The notes under the pieces were generated by a model. It was not told the DNA's origin. It saw nothing but the letters and a program-made list of their open reading frames with translations, and did no database searches. Below, in pieces: positions 10,301-24,975 of a stretch of DNA of 64,000 bases. The translations under genes and the position numbers were made by a program. Source of the DNA: Sarea resinae (Eukaryota). The DNA is taken from the NCBI GenBank assembly GCA_026026165.1, contig JAPEUD010000091.1, positions 1 through 64,000 of the forward strand, read 5' to 3'. The number at the start of each line of letters is the position of its first letter. The first letter of the stretch is position 1.

Positions 10301-12305
10301 CATCAACGACCGTAGTTATTTCCATCGCATCATTCTCCATGATGGAACCCATGCTTTCTCGATTCTTTTCGCTAGTCGATAGTTGCGGCTCGGAAGTATT
10401 GCCATCATTGTTGGATGGATGCGATCCATCTCCAAGCTGCTGCCCACGAGAAGCCAGTAGTCCCCCAAATACAGACGTAAATTCCATCGTAAGCTCTTCT
10501 GCATCATCAAGGTTGCTCTCTTCGTCTTGAGGTGAGGTTTCGATCTGAATTCCGCCAATAGCCAATGTGAAATCCATAGTCTCGTCTCCAAGAAAAGCTC
10601 CACCTGAAGAACGACGTCGGCTGGCATTGCTTTGCCTTCGCTCTGCGGTAGCCGACCTACCACGATCTTCCATATTGAGGATTTGATTCTCATCAAATGA
10701 ACGCTCGCTAGGCAAGATCCCGCCTATGGCATGGGTGATTTCCATACTCATATCTTCCTCTTGAACTGTATCCTTTCGCGGTTTGGCTTCAGCGGTACCG
10801 GCTCGGAAAGCAGGGGAGAACGGATTCTGGTTCTCTTGATTCTGGAGGGGAACTACTTCCAATGGCTCATTCTGCTCTTGTCTGCTCTTCTTGACCCAGG
10901 GTTGAAATGCCATGGTGACTTCGTCATCCACCATTTCCATTGTCATATCCCCGTGCTCGTCATAGTCTATACCCTTGGTTCCTGCTTCTTTTGCTGCTTG
11001 ACGAAGGGCCTCCTCTAAACGGCCACTCGAACCCGTGCTCGAGCATGCTGAATGATTTGATGCCATGGATGCAACAGTCTGATCTCCCTCGTCGATGCTC
11101 ATCACAGTGCTGCCTCCATCAGATTCAGAACTGCTCCCAGGACCAGAGTCCTCATCCCCCTCAGCAACAGAGCTACCGCTATACGGACTTGATGATAGTC
11201 CTTCGATGTCGTCAGGATTATTGAAATTCATGGGCGGAATGCCAGAGCTTCGTCGGCGACGCTTCTTTTGGTGAAGGTCACGCTGGTGGGCCGGAGAGGC
11301 TGTCTGTGCGGTCTCTTCTACCTGCTCTGGAGGTGTAGAAGGGGGTTCTAAAGGATCCGAGGATTGAATCGGCGACGGAGGGTGGGCGGCAGTAGAAGCA
11401 TTCGAAAACTCTGAAATTGACGAATTCCGGCGTGTGGAATTAGTCGAATCCGAGGATGTAGTAGAATCCTGGAAATATTCTACAACATCCCACGTGTGTA
11501 GTGTAGCTTCCGGGGCAAAAGAGACTCGCCGATTCGCTATACATAATCAGAAACGTTGCGTTTGACATTGAGAGAGAGAGAACGAACCTAGTGATTTCCT
11601 TCGCGCATCCCTCCTCTCTTTAACGGTGTTTACCAGTTCCTGCCGTTCTCTCTCCTCGCGTTTCCTCGTAGCAACCTGCTGCTCTTCTTCGGTCTTCAAA
11701 GAGACCGTCTTATCATTCGACGGAGCTAACTCTGCTCCTCCAAAAGGATTTGGCAGGTTATTAGCTCCGCTTATAGATGTGTGGGCTTGATCTGCGCTAT
11801 CGCTTGGAGGAGATATATCGATGAGCTCATTGCCAGCTTGGGGGCCAAAGTTGCTCTCGTTCTCGTAGCTAAGACGTTGGGCTTCATCTGCCATCCTTTG
11901 CGCAGCATCACGAGACGGGATCGCTCGTAAGGGTGAAAGGGGAACTGTGGGCTTTAGGATAGATTTGACGGAGGCAAGAGCAAGCTAGTGCGACGAAGCA
12001 GCCAGGTCAGTGATAAAACCAAGCAAAAGAGACAACGTCTCTGAAGGGGAACGGACTGCTCTGCGGTTACCGGCTCCCTCCTTTAGACCATCCAATCCTC
12101 CCGGACCGATGCTCTTGCTACGCGACTTGCTCTTGGCTTTGGCAGTCTTCTTGGTGGAGCCTTTCAGCGCACCTAAATCTGCCGTCGCGTTCTCTTTGTC
12201 GACATCCTCGGAGAAAGTGTCTGGAGATGGTGCATGCGCGATCGACTTGCGGGAGCGCGGACGTTTTTGAATACTTGAGATCGTTTGATCTTCGCGGGAA
12301 GCCAT
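7335..12305 (-). CDS. SPC105: Kinetochore protein Spc105/Spc7/KNL1
   Basis: Five exons; introns 11985-12056, 11537-11587, 8721-8789, 8027-8098. PP1-binding SILK (KSILK) and RVSF motifs, several MELT-like repeats (MEIT, MDFT, MEFT), Spc7 domain (LQDFLNLTSIRFMDLT...LELYQHSCREL...WYEWR), coiled coil and RWD-like C-terminus. Confidence 0.93.
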
Positions 12306-12874
12306 GTTGATACAGCGGGGTGGCAGCAGATCTTTCGATACAAGACGAACTGGCTTTCAGCAGCATCTGTCTAGGTACTGGGAAGACACATTGAGACGTA
12401 TCACCGGTGCAAGCAATATAAAGAAGACCTGACGAAGGAGGATTGATGTCGCGTGTGGTGATTGTTGTGCGATGAGAATGATCAGGATGGTCGAATCGTT
12501 GTTGTTGTTTACCCTGCGTCGCTACGAGAAAGCGCGTACATACAGTACCTTACCTATGTACCTTGTGAAGTCTCGTGGGGATGAATCAGCGACGTACGAA
12601 GTACCTTGGTATCTCGGTACATGCCGCTTCCTTATGCAGTCTTCCTTGATGAAGACTAGCGCGAATTAACTGGAGCTAAAGGTACCAGCTCTCTCACCTT
12701 ACCTTAGGGCATTAAAACCTAGGTAGTGTCGCTTACACACCCTTCTGGCACACATTCAATTTCCAATCTCGCGAACCGAGGGCGACGAACGCATTTGAAG
12801 GTCGACGACAGATAGGATTTCCGCCAACACCCTTCAACGCCCACTCAATTAACCCCCATCGCCTTGCAGCAACC

Positions 12875-13642
12875 ATGGCGACCGAATTGACGGTTCAGTC
12901 GGAGCGCGCCTTCCAGAAGCAGCCGCATATCTTCGTCAACGCAAAGGCCCGGGGCACGAAGAGCAAGAGAATTGGAAAGGGCGGCCGGAGATGGTACAAA
13001 GATGTTGGACTGGGCTTCAGGACGCCGAAGACGGCCATCGAGGGCACCTACATTGGTAGGTAGATTTTGTTTTGCTCGTGCGTTGGCTTGAATCGGCAAC
13101 TAGGGCTGTGGATGAAGGCGCGATGAACCATTACATCTCTTTCGCCATCTGCCCTGACATGACCCGATGTGTTCTCGTTGGCTGGAGTAGCTCGCGGTAA
13201 TTTCTCGATGGCTTACTGATATTTTGGCAATATAGACAAGAAATGCCCGTTCACCGGTCTTGTTTCGATCCGTGGACGTATCTTAACTGGCACCGTCGTC
13301 TCGACCAAGATGCACCGTACTCTTGTCATCCGCCGAGAGTATCTCCACTTCATCCCCAAGTATTCTCGTTATGAGAAGAGACACAAGAATCTTGCTGCCC
13401 ACGTTTCGCCAGCATTCCGGGTGGAGGAGGGTGACCAAGTCACCGTTGGACAATGCAGACCTTTGAGCAAGACGGTATGTCTAGTGCCTGTTATGTCTTC
13501 AAGTCGAGAAGCTCCAGCGCCGCAAGCCGACTTGTCTGAGTAGTCAAGACATACTGACGTGATATCACCATAGGTTCGATTCAACGTTCTCCGCGTTCTT
13601 CCCCGCACAGGCAAGGCTGTCAAGCAGTTCAACAAGTTTTAG
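12875..13642 (+). CDS. RPS11: 40S ribosomal protein S11 (uS17)
   Basis: Exons 12875-13055, 13236-13474, 13574-13642. [16 protein letters not shown]...[10 protein letters not shown]...DKKCPFTG...RYEKRHKN...[13 protein letters not shown]. Confidence 0.98.
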
Positions 13643-14321
13643 GTGTGTTGACGTTATGGGTGTGTTTATTTCAAGGCTAAAAAGCTGTCTGATGGAATGA
13701 TTTGCGTCTGTGATGAGGGCAGTGTTTGTCAAGAGCAGCAGAGATTTGGGGTTACAAATAGTGGGGCCGTGGCTCGGATGCTGCCTCTTGCTCGAACGTG
13801 ATCTCCAAAGGAGACATTCAAATGTGTATGCTGTCGTCCATAGGCTCATATCAAACAGACGAATTCCTACCTCGTATCTCGCAGCTTCGCCGTCACTTGT
13901 GAATGAAGATCAGCTACGAGTGACTGGAAAAGGTATCTGTATTTCATTTCGAGTATCTCATGCCAATTGTCTCTTTGGGCATGATGGCATAAAGCTTGGG
14001 ACATTATTTTCATGAGTCATCAACAACATGAAGAATCAATCAGACCTCGACATTGATCATACCATATCGACACGGGCAGGGATTTACGAAGTCAAAACTC
14101 TGGAGTTGTCAGGTAGCTGATAGCCGCTTTATTAGCTTATCATGATATCTTCTGTCTTCCTATAGAGATGATAATGATGGTGAATTGGAATAGAAGTGTC
14201 TTGAATATGGTGGTCTTAAAAGTGCCATGATAAATGGCCTGAGAGGGCATGTGGTATAGCTTTTGGTAAATGAGACACCAACCGATCGGATGAGACCCAT
14301 ACCAGCCTTGACGCCTTGACA

Positions 14322-17300
14322 TTATACTGCCCAGGTCTCCATCCCAACGCCACAAATGAGAATTCTGTCACCTGATACAGTCTGAAGCACATCTACGGAC
14401 GAGATGTCTGCAATAGCGGTGAATTCATCTCCGATTTGACGAATCGAGAACATCTCCACACCCTGCCGCTCAGTGTCGACTGTGATGGACCATACCTTAA
14501 GCTGCTGATCATTGCCTGAAGTCACTATGTTATATTGTCGACTTCGATTGCTGGTATGATCCAGTGAAGATGGTATCAGGGCAGCGGCATTGATCGCAGA
14601 AGCATGAGCCTTGGGTATCAAGAGGGTCGAGTGAACAGGCCCTTCTCCGGTCAGTATAATGCAGGTTAAGGCAAGGCTGTTATCATCTCCCCCAGTCACG
14701 AGTATGAAATAGCCGTCCTCCACCTTCAACTCGAGCGTAGACTTGATGGAGTTCTGATGGATATGGATGCGCTTCTGCCAATAAATCGTTGTCGAAACAA
14801 GTCCTCCCGACGAACCGAAGAGCTGACCACCCCTGACAACAATGCTTCGTTTTGCAAGCGGTGCTGTAAGGTTCCAGAGAGATATGTGGCCGTCAGTAGA
14901 GGCCACTATGGCCCAAATTTCAGCGTCGCTGATGTAGTGACGCACTTGTGTTAGGCATGATGTCATATAAGTCCCTGAAAATACTAGGTGGAAGAGCGTC
15001 TGCTTCGGTCCGGATACGTAAGCATAGCACTAGAAAACTTAGTATCGGAATTACAACCACAATAACTTGGATGTCTTACCCGTACCGTGGAGTCAGAGTA
15101 AACCATGGTGATGAGGAATTGACTCTCAACATGACCACTCTCCGACTCTGGGCCTTCGATCCTTGAGACATCGAAGCTCATAATTCGTAGGTCCGAAATC
15201 TCGCTATCCGGCGGACAGAAAGCCTCACAGACCATACCAATTCCCCGTCCGGGCAGCGTTCGAACTCTCCAGGCAAAAAGTTCATTGCGGCCTCCACTGC
15301 TGAAGAGATAGTCGCCTTTATCAGACCATTGGAGGTGCTGGATGCCCGTTCGGTGCTTATTAAAAACACCCAAGCAATGGAAGCCTTGTGTTGAATGAGT
15401 GTTGAGAATAGTTTCGTAAGAGAATATTCTTATAGCTGTGTCTTCAGAACCAGTGGCCAGAAATCGGCAACTTTTATCAGTACCGTCATATAATGAAGGT
15501 GACACTGCTGCTGCCTTGATCTCTCGCCCGTGGCCTCCCGATTGGACGACGTCGAGGGAACGGCTCCTGCTCGAATGAATGTGCAGCTGCGAGGCTTGTG
15601 TCCATAGAAAATTGTTCCAGCCGTATTGGCCTTGATGATCGATCGAGTACGCCCAGCTTCTATGCGCACCTCCACATTCAATGGTGATCAATTCAGTACG
15701 CGTAGACTCATTCCAAACTACGAACTGTGTACTGCGAAATCCGTATAGAACCAGTTCGTTGCTCGATGCAACGAAATAAGCGCCTTCGATATTAGGCCCT
15801 AAAGGAGGGCTTGAGATATGTACCGTCACGAAGTTGTAATTAGCGATCGTATGTCTGCTGCGATTGAAAACTCTTGTAAGTCGATGGATGCAATAGGTGC
15901 CATCCCTTCCGGCAGTCAGATAGTATCCCGGCGGCGATTCATACGGTGATATTAGACCTGAGATTCGTTTGATGACCGTGATAGCATCTCCACCATGGAG
16001 ACTCTTGACGTAGTCAATAGGAACAAGCCTGGAGATTTCCTGTCCGATGTTATCTGGGTAAGGATAGATGGCCAAGGATCCGTTACGCGCTCCTAGCAGC
16101 ATGCATCCTGCCGGAAGATCAATTTCAAGGCTGGTGACAATGAAAGAGACAGGGAGTTCCAGTTCTCTTAAGCGCTTGAAACGAACGCAAGGGCTTCCAT
16201 CCTGTGATTTGTCGCGGTAAACAGAAAAGTGATACGCAACGGTATGACCTACGCAGGTCACTAGAAGATCCACAGTATCCTCAGAAATGGACCGAGAGAA
16301 GAGTCCTGCCACCTTCGAGCCGACATTCATTAACGGAGCAAAAGAGCCGGAGTGGTGGTCGTAGAGATACACCTTAGCACTTGACCCCGCGAGAAAGGCC
16401 AGTTTGGAGCTTGGCACGCTCGTAATCACGGAATAAGATCCGATATCTTCCAAGTCGGCGATCTTGCTGACTGAGACTTTGGATTCATTCCCATCCGATT
16501 CAAGGACTTCTTCAGATTCAGGGGCTATGGCGATATTCCAGTCCAGAGACGAACGACAAGGCGTGACAAGTAAGATAGCCCCCGACCTGGTTGTAGCAAT
16601 ACAAGTACATTTGTTCACGAAAGCGTAAGATTTGAAGGACTCTTTTTCTTTCTTAGACTTTGTCTTCCTGGGTGAATTTTCTTGTAAGACGGCTGTAGCA
16701 CCAACAAGACCACGGTCTTGAGCGCCTTGGCTGTCACTCAGAGTTGTCTCTCCCAATATAGTTATGTGATCTGCCTGATGAGCAAGACGCCCGTCTTGTC
16801 TCGAGTCATCCAACGTATCATGAGGCTGTTGAAAGTGTGAATCTTTAAGGGAGATTTCGTCAAAGGGCAGTACTTTAGACACTGTAGAGGCCCTCCGTCC
16901 TTTTTGAAGTTCAGCTGGTGGCCTTGAGATGGCTGACGGGGGCGAAACGGTACAGATCGCGATTCTCCCATCAGCTCCGCCGGAGGCAACAAGCGTCGAG
17001 CCATCTGCGGTTTGAGCCAAATCGATTGACCAGAGATTTTTCCCCGAGTGGACATGGGACGTCCTCAAATGCTGTAAACGACCCCTTAGCTTGTCTTGAT
17101 CTTGATCAATAATGGAAAGGTCCGTCAGTGCCCAGCTCTGCAGCGTTGCATCCTCACCGAAAGAGACAAGCATAGGTACGCTCTCTGATTCATGGCAGGA
17201 GATGAAGCGGCATCCCCAGATGCGGGATGAATGCCCCCAAGCTACTGCAATACATCTGTCAGAGTCCTGGTTGCTTCGAGCTTCTTGACTGTCAACTCCG

Positions 17301-18178
17301 CCAAAGCCTGTCTCACGAGCAATATGTACATCTGAGTCACTGGTCGGCAAGAGCGCAATACGAGGGGAGGTACATCTCGAAATGTCCCATACTCTTATGC
17401 TTCGGTCATCGCTGCAGCTCGCTAGTAGCAGCTTAGGGGACGCTGTGAATATCCGCGATATTGCCACACCGAACACTGACCCTTCATGACCTGTGAAACG
17501 ATAATGAACTGATTTTCGGGCCTTTCCATTGACAGAAGAAGTACCAACGTCGAGATAGCAAGACCATACAAGAACATCTCCAAAGACAGTCCCTGAAGCA
17601 ATAAGAACATGCATCGAGGAAAGTAAAAGTACCTGGGCAGAGTACAAAATAGATCTAGAACCACAGACAAGTTCCTCGACAGCTGGCTGGCCCTGCTCTT
17701 GTGTAGAAGTTGTGCAATCACAGCGAACTTTGAGAAGCGCATTATGCGCCGTGACGAGGAAAGCCTGAAATCCAGTTCTATGATGGTCTGTACAGTCAAG
17801 GTTTGATGTGTCGAAGGTGCCATCCAGTATCCAGTCGGGGCTTACTATTTCCCCTGAGAGATCCGTCAAATGAACGTCCGAGGATACTGAGCCTTGCGAA
17901 CGGTGGAGCTGAAGGAATTTGACAGAGCGACCGCCCCAGACGAGTACAGTCTTGAATTCGGAGACGAATCCTCTATCAGCAATAGCGGATTCGTCCACCT
18001 TGATGCCATGGATAATTTGGTTTCGGAACACCCTCCGTTCAGCAACGCAACTTCCAAGGGCTCTATCGTACAAACGAAGGGTATTTCCTTCCCCAGCCAG
18101 TAATAATTGGTTGTCTCGAAGCAGTATGAAAGACAGCGCCGTTATAGGGCATAGCGTCCGTTCCCGTTGCAGGTTCAT
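14322..18178 (-). CDS. TRM734: WD40-repeat protein WDR6/Trm734 (Rtt10), tRNA 2'-O-methylation cofactor
   Basis: Two exons, intron 15030-15079. Family motifs SILYSA, GHEGSVFGV, SCSDDRSIRVW, GHSSRIW, GFRSTQFVVWN, CGGAHRSW, HGREIK, IHQNSIK, TGGDDN, AHASAI. Confidence 0.85.
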
Positions 18179-19143
18179 TGTGGGATCGTGAGGGATGCAA
18201 AAGAAAAGTCTCACTGATTCAACCGCATTATTCTGCAAGAGTGAGAGGAATGCACCCTTCAATGATATGCTGGTCCGACCACGCAAGATCGATCAACGTT
18301 GAGCCTAGAGGTTGTGACTGCAGGAAGCCTGAAAATTCATGGATGACGCTGGAGGTCCTTTCCCTGCAGGCTCTGTTATCTTATCAGATCTATCAATGGA
18401 ACGCCCCTACCACCTTAGCATTACCTAAGGTAGTTGCAAACATCTAGGTACCTTCCCGTTTCCCCCAAAGATCAAATGTCATTAAGATCACCTACCTACC
18501 TTACCTACCTACTTGTGTCTACTGGACGGTGATTTCGGTTACCATTTCAATATTGAATGAAATGCATGTGTATTACTATGGTAGTTCAGGCTTTAGACCT
18601 GCCTGAAGTTCATCCTCACAACAAGCGGAAAGGTTAGTGCTTGGCGTTTCTGTCCCCCCGATCTCACTGTCATACGCGTCCGATGGTCTCGGATGTTTTG
18701 TGTCCTGCATGTCCTAAGAGATCTTGCTATCCTTACCGATCGAGTAGAGTTGGCATTCATATCGAGATCAACCCTTAAAATCGCGTGGGTATACTAGTAC
18801 TATGCTTGCTTTTCGACGTCACTATCTAGCTCTACTCGTTTGTGTTTATTCACTCTCCAAGACTTCATAGAGTCGAATATCCATATCACATGTCTCAATC
18901 GGATACCATTCCTGTTTCCATTCCCAAATCATGAAACGCCCGTTCACTACTTCGTGATTTCTGTGTCCACGACTTTGAGTGCTGACTCTTTAGCAAGCTG
19001 GCAATTATATAGCATGCTACTTTCCGTCTTCAGCGAGGGCTGTTCGGCGCAGAGGTGCTAATCATATAGGCTTGTGCGAAACAAGATCAGAGTCAGTACT
19101 CTATCTAATTCAAAAAGATGCATCTCTGACCCTGCTCTGAAAG

Positions 19144-22100
19144 ATGACCGAGCGCCGTGAGCCTAATGATCCTATAGATCTCACGACGAGTTCTGGAGAC
19201 GATGTTACAGCTCCTCTAGTAAGCCACTCATACAGCAAGCCTAGCCAAGATTGGCTTCTGAGATAAGTTTTTAGTGCTCTTCATATGGAAAGATATCTGC
19301 CAAGCAAGCTGCTTCTCTGAACACAAGGTCAAGGCTCGCGACGCCTGTAGAAGATCAGAGCCAATCTGCAATTGAACCGGACCTTCGCCATTACGACTTA
19401 TCAGAAGACGGCTTTGAATTAACCAATTCTAAACGGCGACGGAAACGGAGAGAAGCAGAGCTTCTCCATCTCGATGAGGATGAAATGAGCTCACCAGCCT
19501 CGGCGGGAAAGTCAAGAACGAAAAGCTTGGTAAACCCCGGGAATACCACATCAGTGACATCATTCGATCCCTATTTGCAGCCGTCAGTAATCGAAGATGC
19601 TTTCTCAACGTCAACTTCCGAGCAGGCCAGCGACTTAGTATTCGGCGGCAGGTACGAGAGTCAAGGAAGCATAGCAAATGTCTCCAGTAAAGCTACTGGC
19701 CCTGGTGGAAAGTCTACAAAATTGAGTACGTAGAGTTTGAGCAGCTGTATGGGTTGGAATGATTCTTGACCATCTGACAATAGCAGCTCGACCTACAGAG
19801 AGAGCCAGAGAAGCAAATAGACTACGAGCCGAGCTATCCATTCAGGCAATTGAGAAGTCGTTGCAGAGGCACCTGGACGGCCTACATGAAGATCACGAGT
19901 ACCTTATGAAGGTACTGAGGATTCAAGCCGTACTTTGAGGAGTCGCATTAATGAGACAGCAGGCTTGGCTAGGTCGCTCGAGAAGATCCAGAGATAAGCG
20001 CGCGGAGGAAAACCAAAATCGATCATCCCTCTGTAGAGAGATCCCAAGCAGTCAGAGGTCCAGTTCCTCGCTTGGCGCGCAAGAAGAGTCACCCTTTGCC
20101 AGCATGAAAAGTCTTGAAGTTCCCTCAGCGAAGGGCAAACAAGCTGCAGGGCCACTAGGAAAGCTCAGCATCGAAGTATTTAACCCTAAACGAAGAAGTT
20201 TTGCAGCTGCTGATCCGTGGCCTCAGGTAATGAAGACGCCCTTGGCCAAGCCGGATAAGAAATACGTCAATGTGCCGCAGACTTTGTTTGAGTCGAAAGC
20301 TCCTTTGTTGCCGAAGTACACGAGCTATATTACTCTAAGACGGAATGTTTTAACAGAAGACGACGAGTGCATACGCTATTGGCCATATTTCGGTATTGGT
20401 GAAGAAAATGAAAAGGCAACAGAGACTTTTTATGAAAGCGTTCTAAAGCTGTTCCCTCAGAACAGGCTGAAAGGGATGCAAATGCTGCACATTCGAGCTG
20501 AACAGGCGATCAAGTACCGGCCGTACGTCGAGCGCTTCCTCTCAGAAGTAGGGTGTGCAGGTACGGACATCCTCTATTACCTACTCGATGATAGCACATC
20601 TCCAGTACCTGTGAAGATGTCTCCAGAATCCGAAGAAGCTTGGAAAAGCAGAGCTTCACACCTTGAAGAAGATTTTAGTCCCAGTGACGATGACGGGAGA
20701 CGCAAGTGGGAACAGGTTCGCCAACAGCTTGCGCCTACAAGCAAGCGAGCTCTAGGAGTAGCCGGACTAGCATGTACAGCATTCAAGAATAGGGCGCCTT
20801 TTTCATTGTGGCACATCGCCAAAAGATATCGAAAAATCATGAATGCCGCTACTCCTGGGAGGATTGCTTTTAATACACCCGCCTCAAGCTCTCAACTCCG
20901 TCCGACGGGAGACGAGTCCTCAGAGCCACTGGGGACGTACGAAGACCTCGGATGTCGACTTTGCTTTGCGTAAGTAAGCCCGAACCATGTGTCTGTCTAA
21001 AACTGAGGTCAAGGTCGTTTGTAGGCATGAGTGTCCTGCGCACGGTGGCAACCAGAGAATACGGGTGAATGATTCTCTGACGCTCGCAGGACCTGTAGAG
21101 CATAGGCCTTTATCAGAAGGTCGGCTAGAAGTAGATCTCGAAGTCCTATTTGCGAATGTCGGGATGGATGAACATGGCGTCGTACACCGCAATACCCAAC
21201 ATTTTCAGACAAAGGAAGGGGCTGGCATTCCGGAAAACCAACTTTGTTCCAACCTATGTTTCTGGAGGGTGGGTATCTGAATCACATGTTTGATTAGAGA
21301 TGCTGATGATTGTATGAGCAGATATCCAACAGATCAGATGTGCAGCTATCAATCTGGTCTAAAGAACATCTAGATCTTCTTGATGCACTCTTGCCAGCCT
21401 ATGCGCATAGCGAACGAGGAGCCTGTATGCTAGCCTGGATTATAGGCAAGCCGTGCAACGAGGTGACCAACCTTGAGCTCTTTACTACGATGAATTTGCT
21501 AAATTACTTTTAGATATTTGCGAAGATGCAGTTACGATGCCGTCCCAAATCTTCAGTACGAGAGAGCGCAGTTATTACCAAGCTAATTCACCCTCATCAT
21601 AAAAAGGGGTTTGAATACTGGCTCGAAAATTCCATTACTTGGAAGCATGATGACAGAGGCTTTTTCGTACCCTGTAATCACACAGGACCCTGTGGCAAGA
21701 ATGGGTGTAGCTGTTTCGAAAAGAACATCACTTGTGAGAAGAGCTGCTTGTGCTCAGCAGACTGTGCCAGGCGCTTCCGTGGTTGTTCATGTGCCCAGCT
21801 GGAGAAAGTCTGTCGAAACAATAAGCGATGTGATTGCTGGAAACTCAATCGCGAGTGCGACCCGGACCTCTGCGGCTCTTGTGGTGCTGCCGAAGTTCTG
21901 GATCCTGCTAACAGGTACAACACCGATGTAGAGCGGCATAAATGCTCTAATGTCAACATTCAAAAGGGCGTCCCGAAGAGAACTATCCTTGGGCAGTCAT
22001 CGCTTGCTGGATGGGGTCTGTATATGGGAGAGCCCGCAAAAGCTTGGTCATACCTAGGCGAATACAAGGGGGAAGTCATCTCGACTGACGAATCCGAGCG

Positions 22101-22945
22101 GCGGGGCATAATATACGACCGCAGAAGTCTATCTTACCTCTTCGACTTAAATAAAGGTATATCATATTTCTGAAAGTTCCACATTTGCTAATGTCATTTT
22201 CGTTCAGAACAAGTACTCGATGCTACTCGCATCGGTAACAAGTTTCGTTTTCTCAATCATCAGGACAAACCCGACGTGAATTGCATACCCCAAGTCATGC
22301 TTTGCAACATGGTTCATCGAATCGGGATGTATGCTACACGAGATATTCAAGTGGGAGAAGAGCTCTTATTTGATTACGGGTATGTCATGTAGAATCACTT
22401 ACGGATTTCCTTCTTCTAATGAGGGTTCCTGCAGGTATCATGGAGAAGCTGTCAATTTTGTAAAGGTCAAGCTTCGAAAGCGCGACAAAGGTGCCGAGGT
22501 TGTTGGGGTGAAGACAAAGAAAGGCACTGCCATACCCAAAACGAAAGGTGTGCTCGGCAAACCCGTTGCAATGAAGAAGGGAGCGTCTAGGCCAGGAGTA
22601 GACATCAAGGATCCGGCTACTAATCCTACATCATCGGCCAAGAAATGTATCTCAAGCAAAACCAGCAGATCTATAGAGAGAGATTTGGCTGAAGCAGCAT
22701 TCTCAAGGAAGGAAAGAGCAGAAGCCGAAGAAAGTACAATTGAGTCATTGCCGAATGGAAGCAGCGAAGAGGCTGAAGAAGCTGACTGGGAAGGGATCAT
22801 TGAGCCTGACTTTACTCTCCCCCCTTCGGACGACGACGGGGATTACAATGGAAACCATGAAGTGGTGTCTGTAGTGTCTGAGGACCTTTCCTTTGAGGAG
22901 GAGCCGTTGCCAAGAAAGAGAAAGAGGCAGCGGAGATATTACTAG
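19144..22945 (+). CDS. kmt6: PRC2 catalytic subunit, H3K27 methyltransferase (EZH2/SET-7/KMT6)
   Basis: About 9 exons; introns ~19219-19274, 19726-19783, 19912-19962, 20970-21024, 21269-21321, 21463-21513, 22157-22207, 22380-22434. CRLCFAHECPAHG motif, CXC domain (PCNHTGPC...CEKSC...RFRGCSC...NRECDPDLCGSC), SET domain (GWGLY, EYKGEVIS, SYLFDL, DATRIGNKFRFLNH, HRIGMYA, GEELLFDYG). The 5' exons are less certain. Confidence 0.9.
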
Positions 22946-24975
22946 AGCTACACGAGAAATGATGATTGTACCTTACTATTTATATCTATATCAAAAGAAA
23001 TAACCTCTACAGATAGTTTTAGGCACACATTGCAGTATGAGAAGTTACGCAGCAGGTCGGTGGGTTGGATTAGATTAGATGAAGATTTCCTTCACCAAAT
23101 TTAGAAGAAGGTTATAGATTATGTAGGGCAATCCAAACTGTGATCCCTATGCAAAGGAATCTTGCATTGGACTATCCGATTGGGGCGGTGACCCTACATA
23201 GCATAGCAATTGAGTAGAGCCGTAAGCACTCTAGATCTACGGAGTATGGATCCCGGACACGGTAGGTAGGGACCTATCTTGAACTAGTCGCCCTGGAGAG
23301 TAAGTAGTATCTAGCAGATAATAACAAGGTCTTGGCCGTTGATTCTTGTCGCGCCCGTTCGTGCCTACCATGCTGATTTTGGGATATAGAGCCTACGAGG
23401 TAGATTGATCTTTCGAGCCAGAGTACTCTAGTGATGTGTTCAGTAGGTAGGTACTTACCTACCCCCTAACTAGGTACCCTATCTATTTTGCCTCATCAGC
23501 CGATCCATACATGGGGGCCCTCCGTCGCACCGAGAATGGGACCTGGAAGTAGCAGCGGCGCGAGACGTCATAGGAGCGGGAGGTGACGTATTAGGTAGAT
23601 GAGCGTTGCGCCAGGCAACTGGGAAATTGCTGCCTCGGAGGTGCACAAGCTGCAGGTCTAGCCCATCCCTAGTCAACTCTAGTCCTCGTCTACTAAGTAA
23701 GGTACGCGGCGGGTCTGTAGGAGTCCTTGTGTCGATCCAAGGACTGTTTATTGATTTCCCAATCACGGCAGGATGACAGTGCGATCCAAGTCCTTCAGGA
23801 GGTAGTCATGTTTCTCCAGTGACGATGATACGTGGCGTGCGAGTCGAACGGAAGGTCGACCATACTATGTACCTGCCTACCCAGGTGTGGCCATGCAGTA
23901 CATAAGGTACCTACCTACCTTACTACCAAGAGCGCTTACTGCATAGTATGTAGCACTCTCCCTGTACTGGAGCTAATCCTGTGTACGCAGTAGTTCTGGG
24001 GTCCAATGGATAGGTTACCGTAAGGGGCACCTTACTCTCCAGCTGTACGTCCCTCAAGGAAGGTAGGACGTAGGTACAGCCCGAGGTAAGGTAGGTGAAG
24101 CCGATGTTGGTCGCGGCCGCCTCTCACTCATACGTGCACGTGCTCGTACGTGGAGGATTGCGTGGATGCGGAAGTGGCGGAGATGGATTCTCATCGTCAT
24201 GATCGAGCATCTACCACTACCTTACCATGTACGATGTACTACTATGTAAGTTGGTGCCATAAGGTCAGGGCTGTGATGCTGTGAGCACGGATCGCTAGGC
24301 ATTCCTAATCGGGCGGGATCCTTTACCTGATTTCCTCTTTTTCTCTCAGGTCCCCCCTAGTCAGCCACTCCAGCTACGTCATGCGGTGAATCAGCGGCTT
24401 TTCTCTCCTTAGCGTCCCAATTCCCATCGTGGATGCTCTCGGGCTTGCTGTCTGGTGCTTGCTGCTGCTCGCCATTGCAATTCCCCCAGTGATCCCCGTA
24501 GCGACCTCCCCATCAGTATCGATTCACCCGTGAGGTAAAGTACCCCGTGGGTACCGCCGCCCACCTGGTACTGCTCCGGAGTATGTACGAAGTACGCTGC
24601 CTACCTACCTACCTACCTACCTACCTTACGTAGCTGCGCCCTCTTCCCTTCTGCTGCGGGCGGTTACCTGGTCGCCCGGGCCTGCCCTTGATGATTGTCA
24701 TTGACCTCCAGCTACCCCATTCACTTTGGCCTGGCCTTGCCTTGCCTTGCCTTACCTCACCTCATCTTAGTAGTTGAACCAACGCACACACATTAACCCC
24801 CTCCCCGCCCAAGTTCTTGAACGCATTCGTACTTCCTCTTCCAACCATCCACTCTTCGCCTTCTACCACATCACCATCATACAGCATCTCCGTTTCATTT
24901 CACAACATCTCTCACGCTGCCAACTGTCGCTGAACCCGACTCATCGCGAGCCTAATACCACCGAACACCATCGCC

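Noticed and set aside
13111..13157. Box C/D snoRNA in the RPS11 intron (gatga ... ctga)
   Set aside because: Box C is imperfect, the span is only ~47 nt, and there is no convincing rRNA guide.
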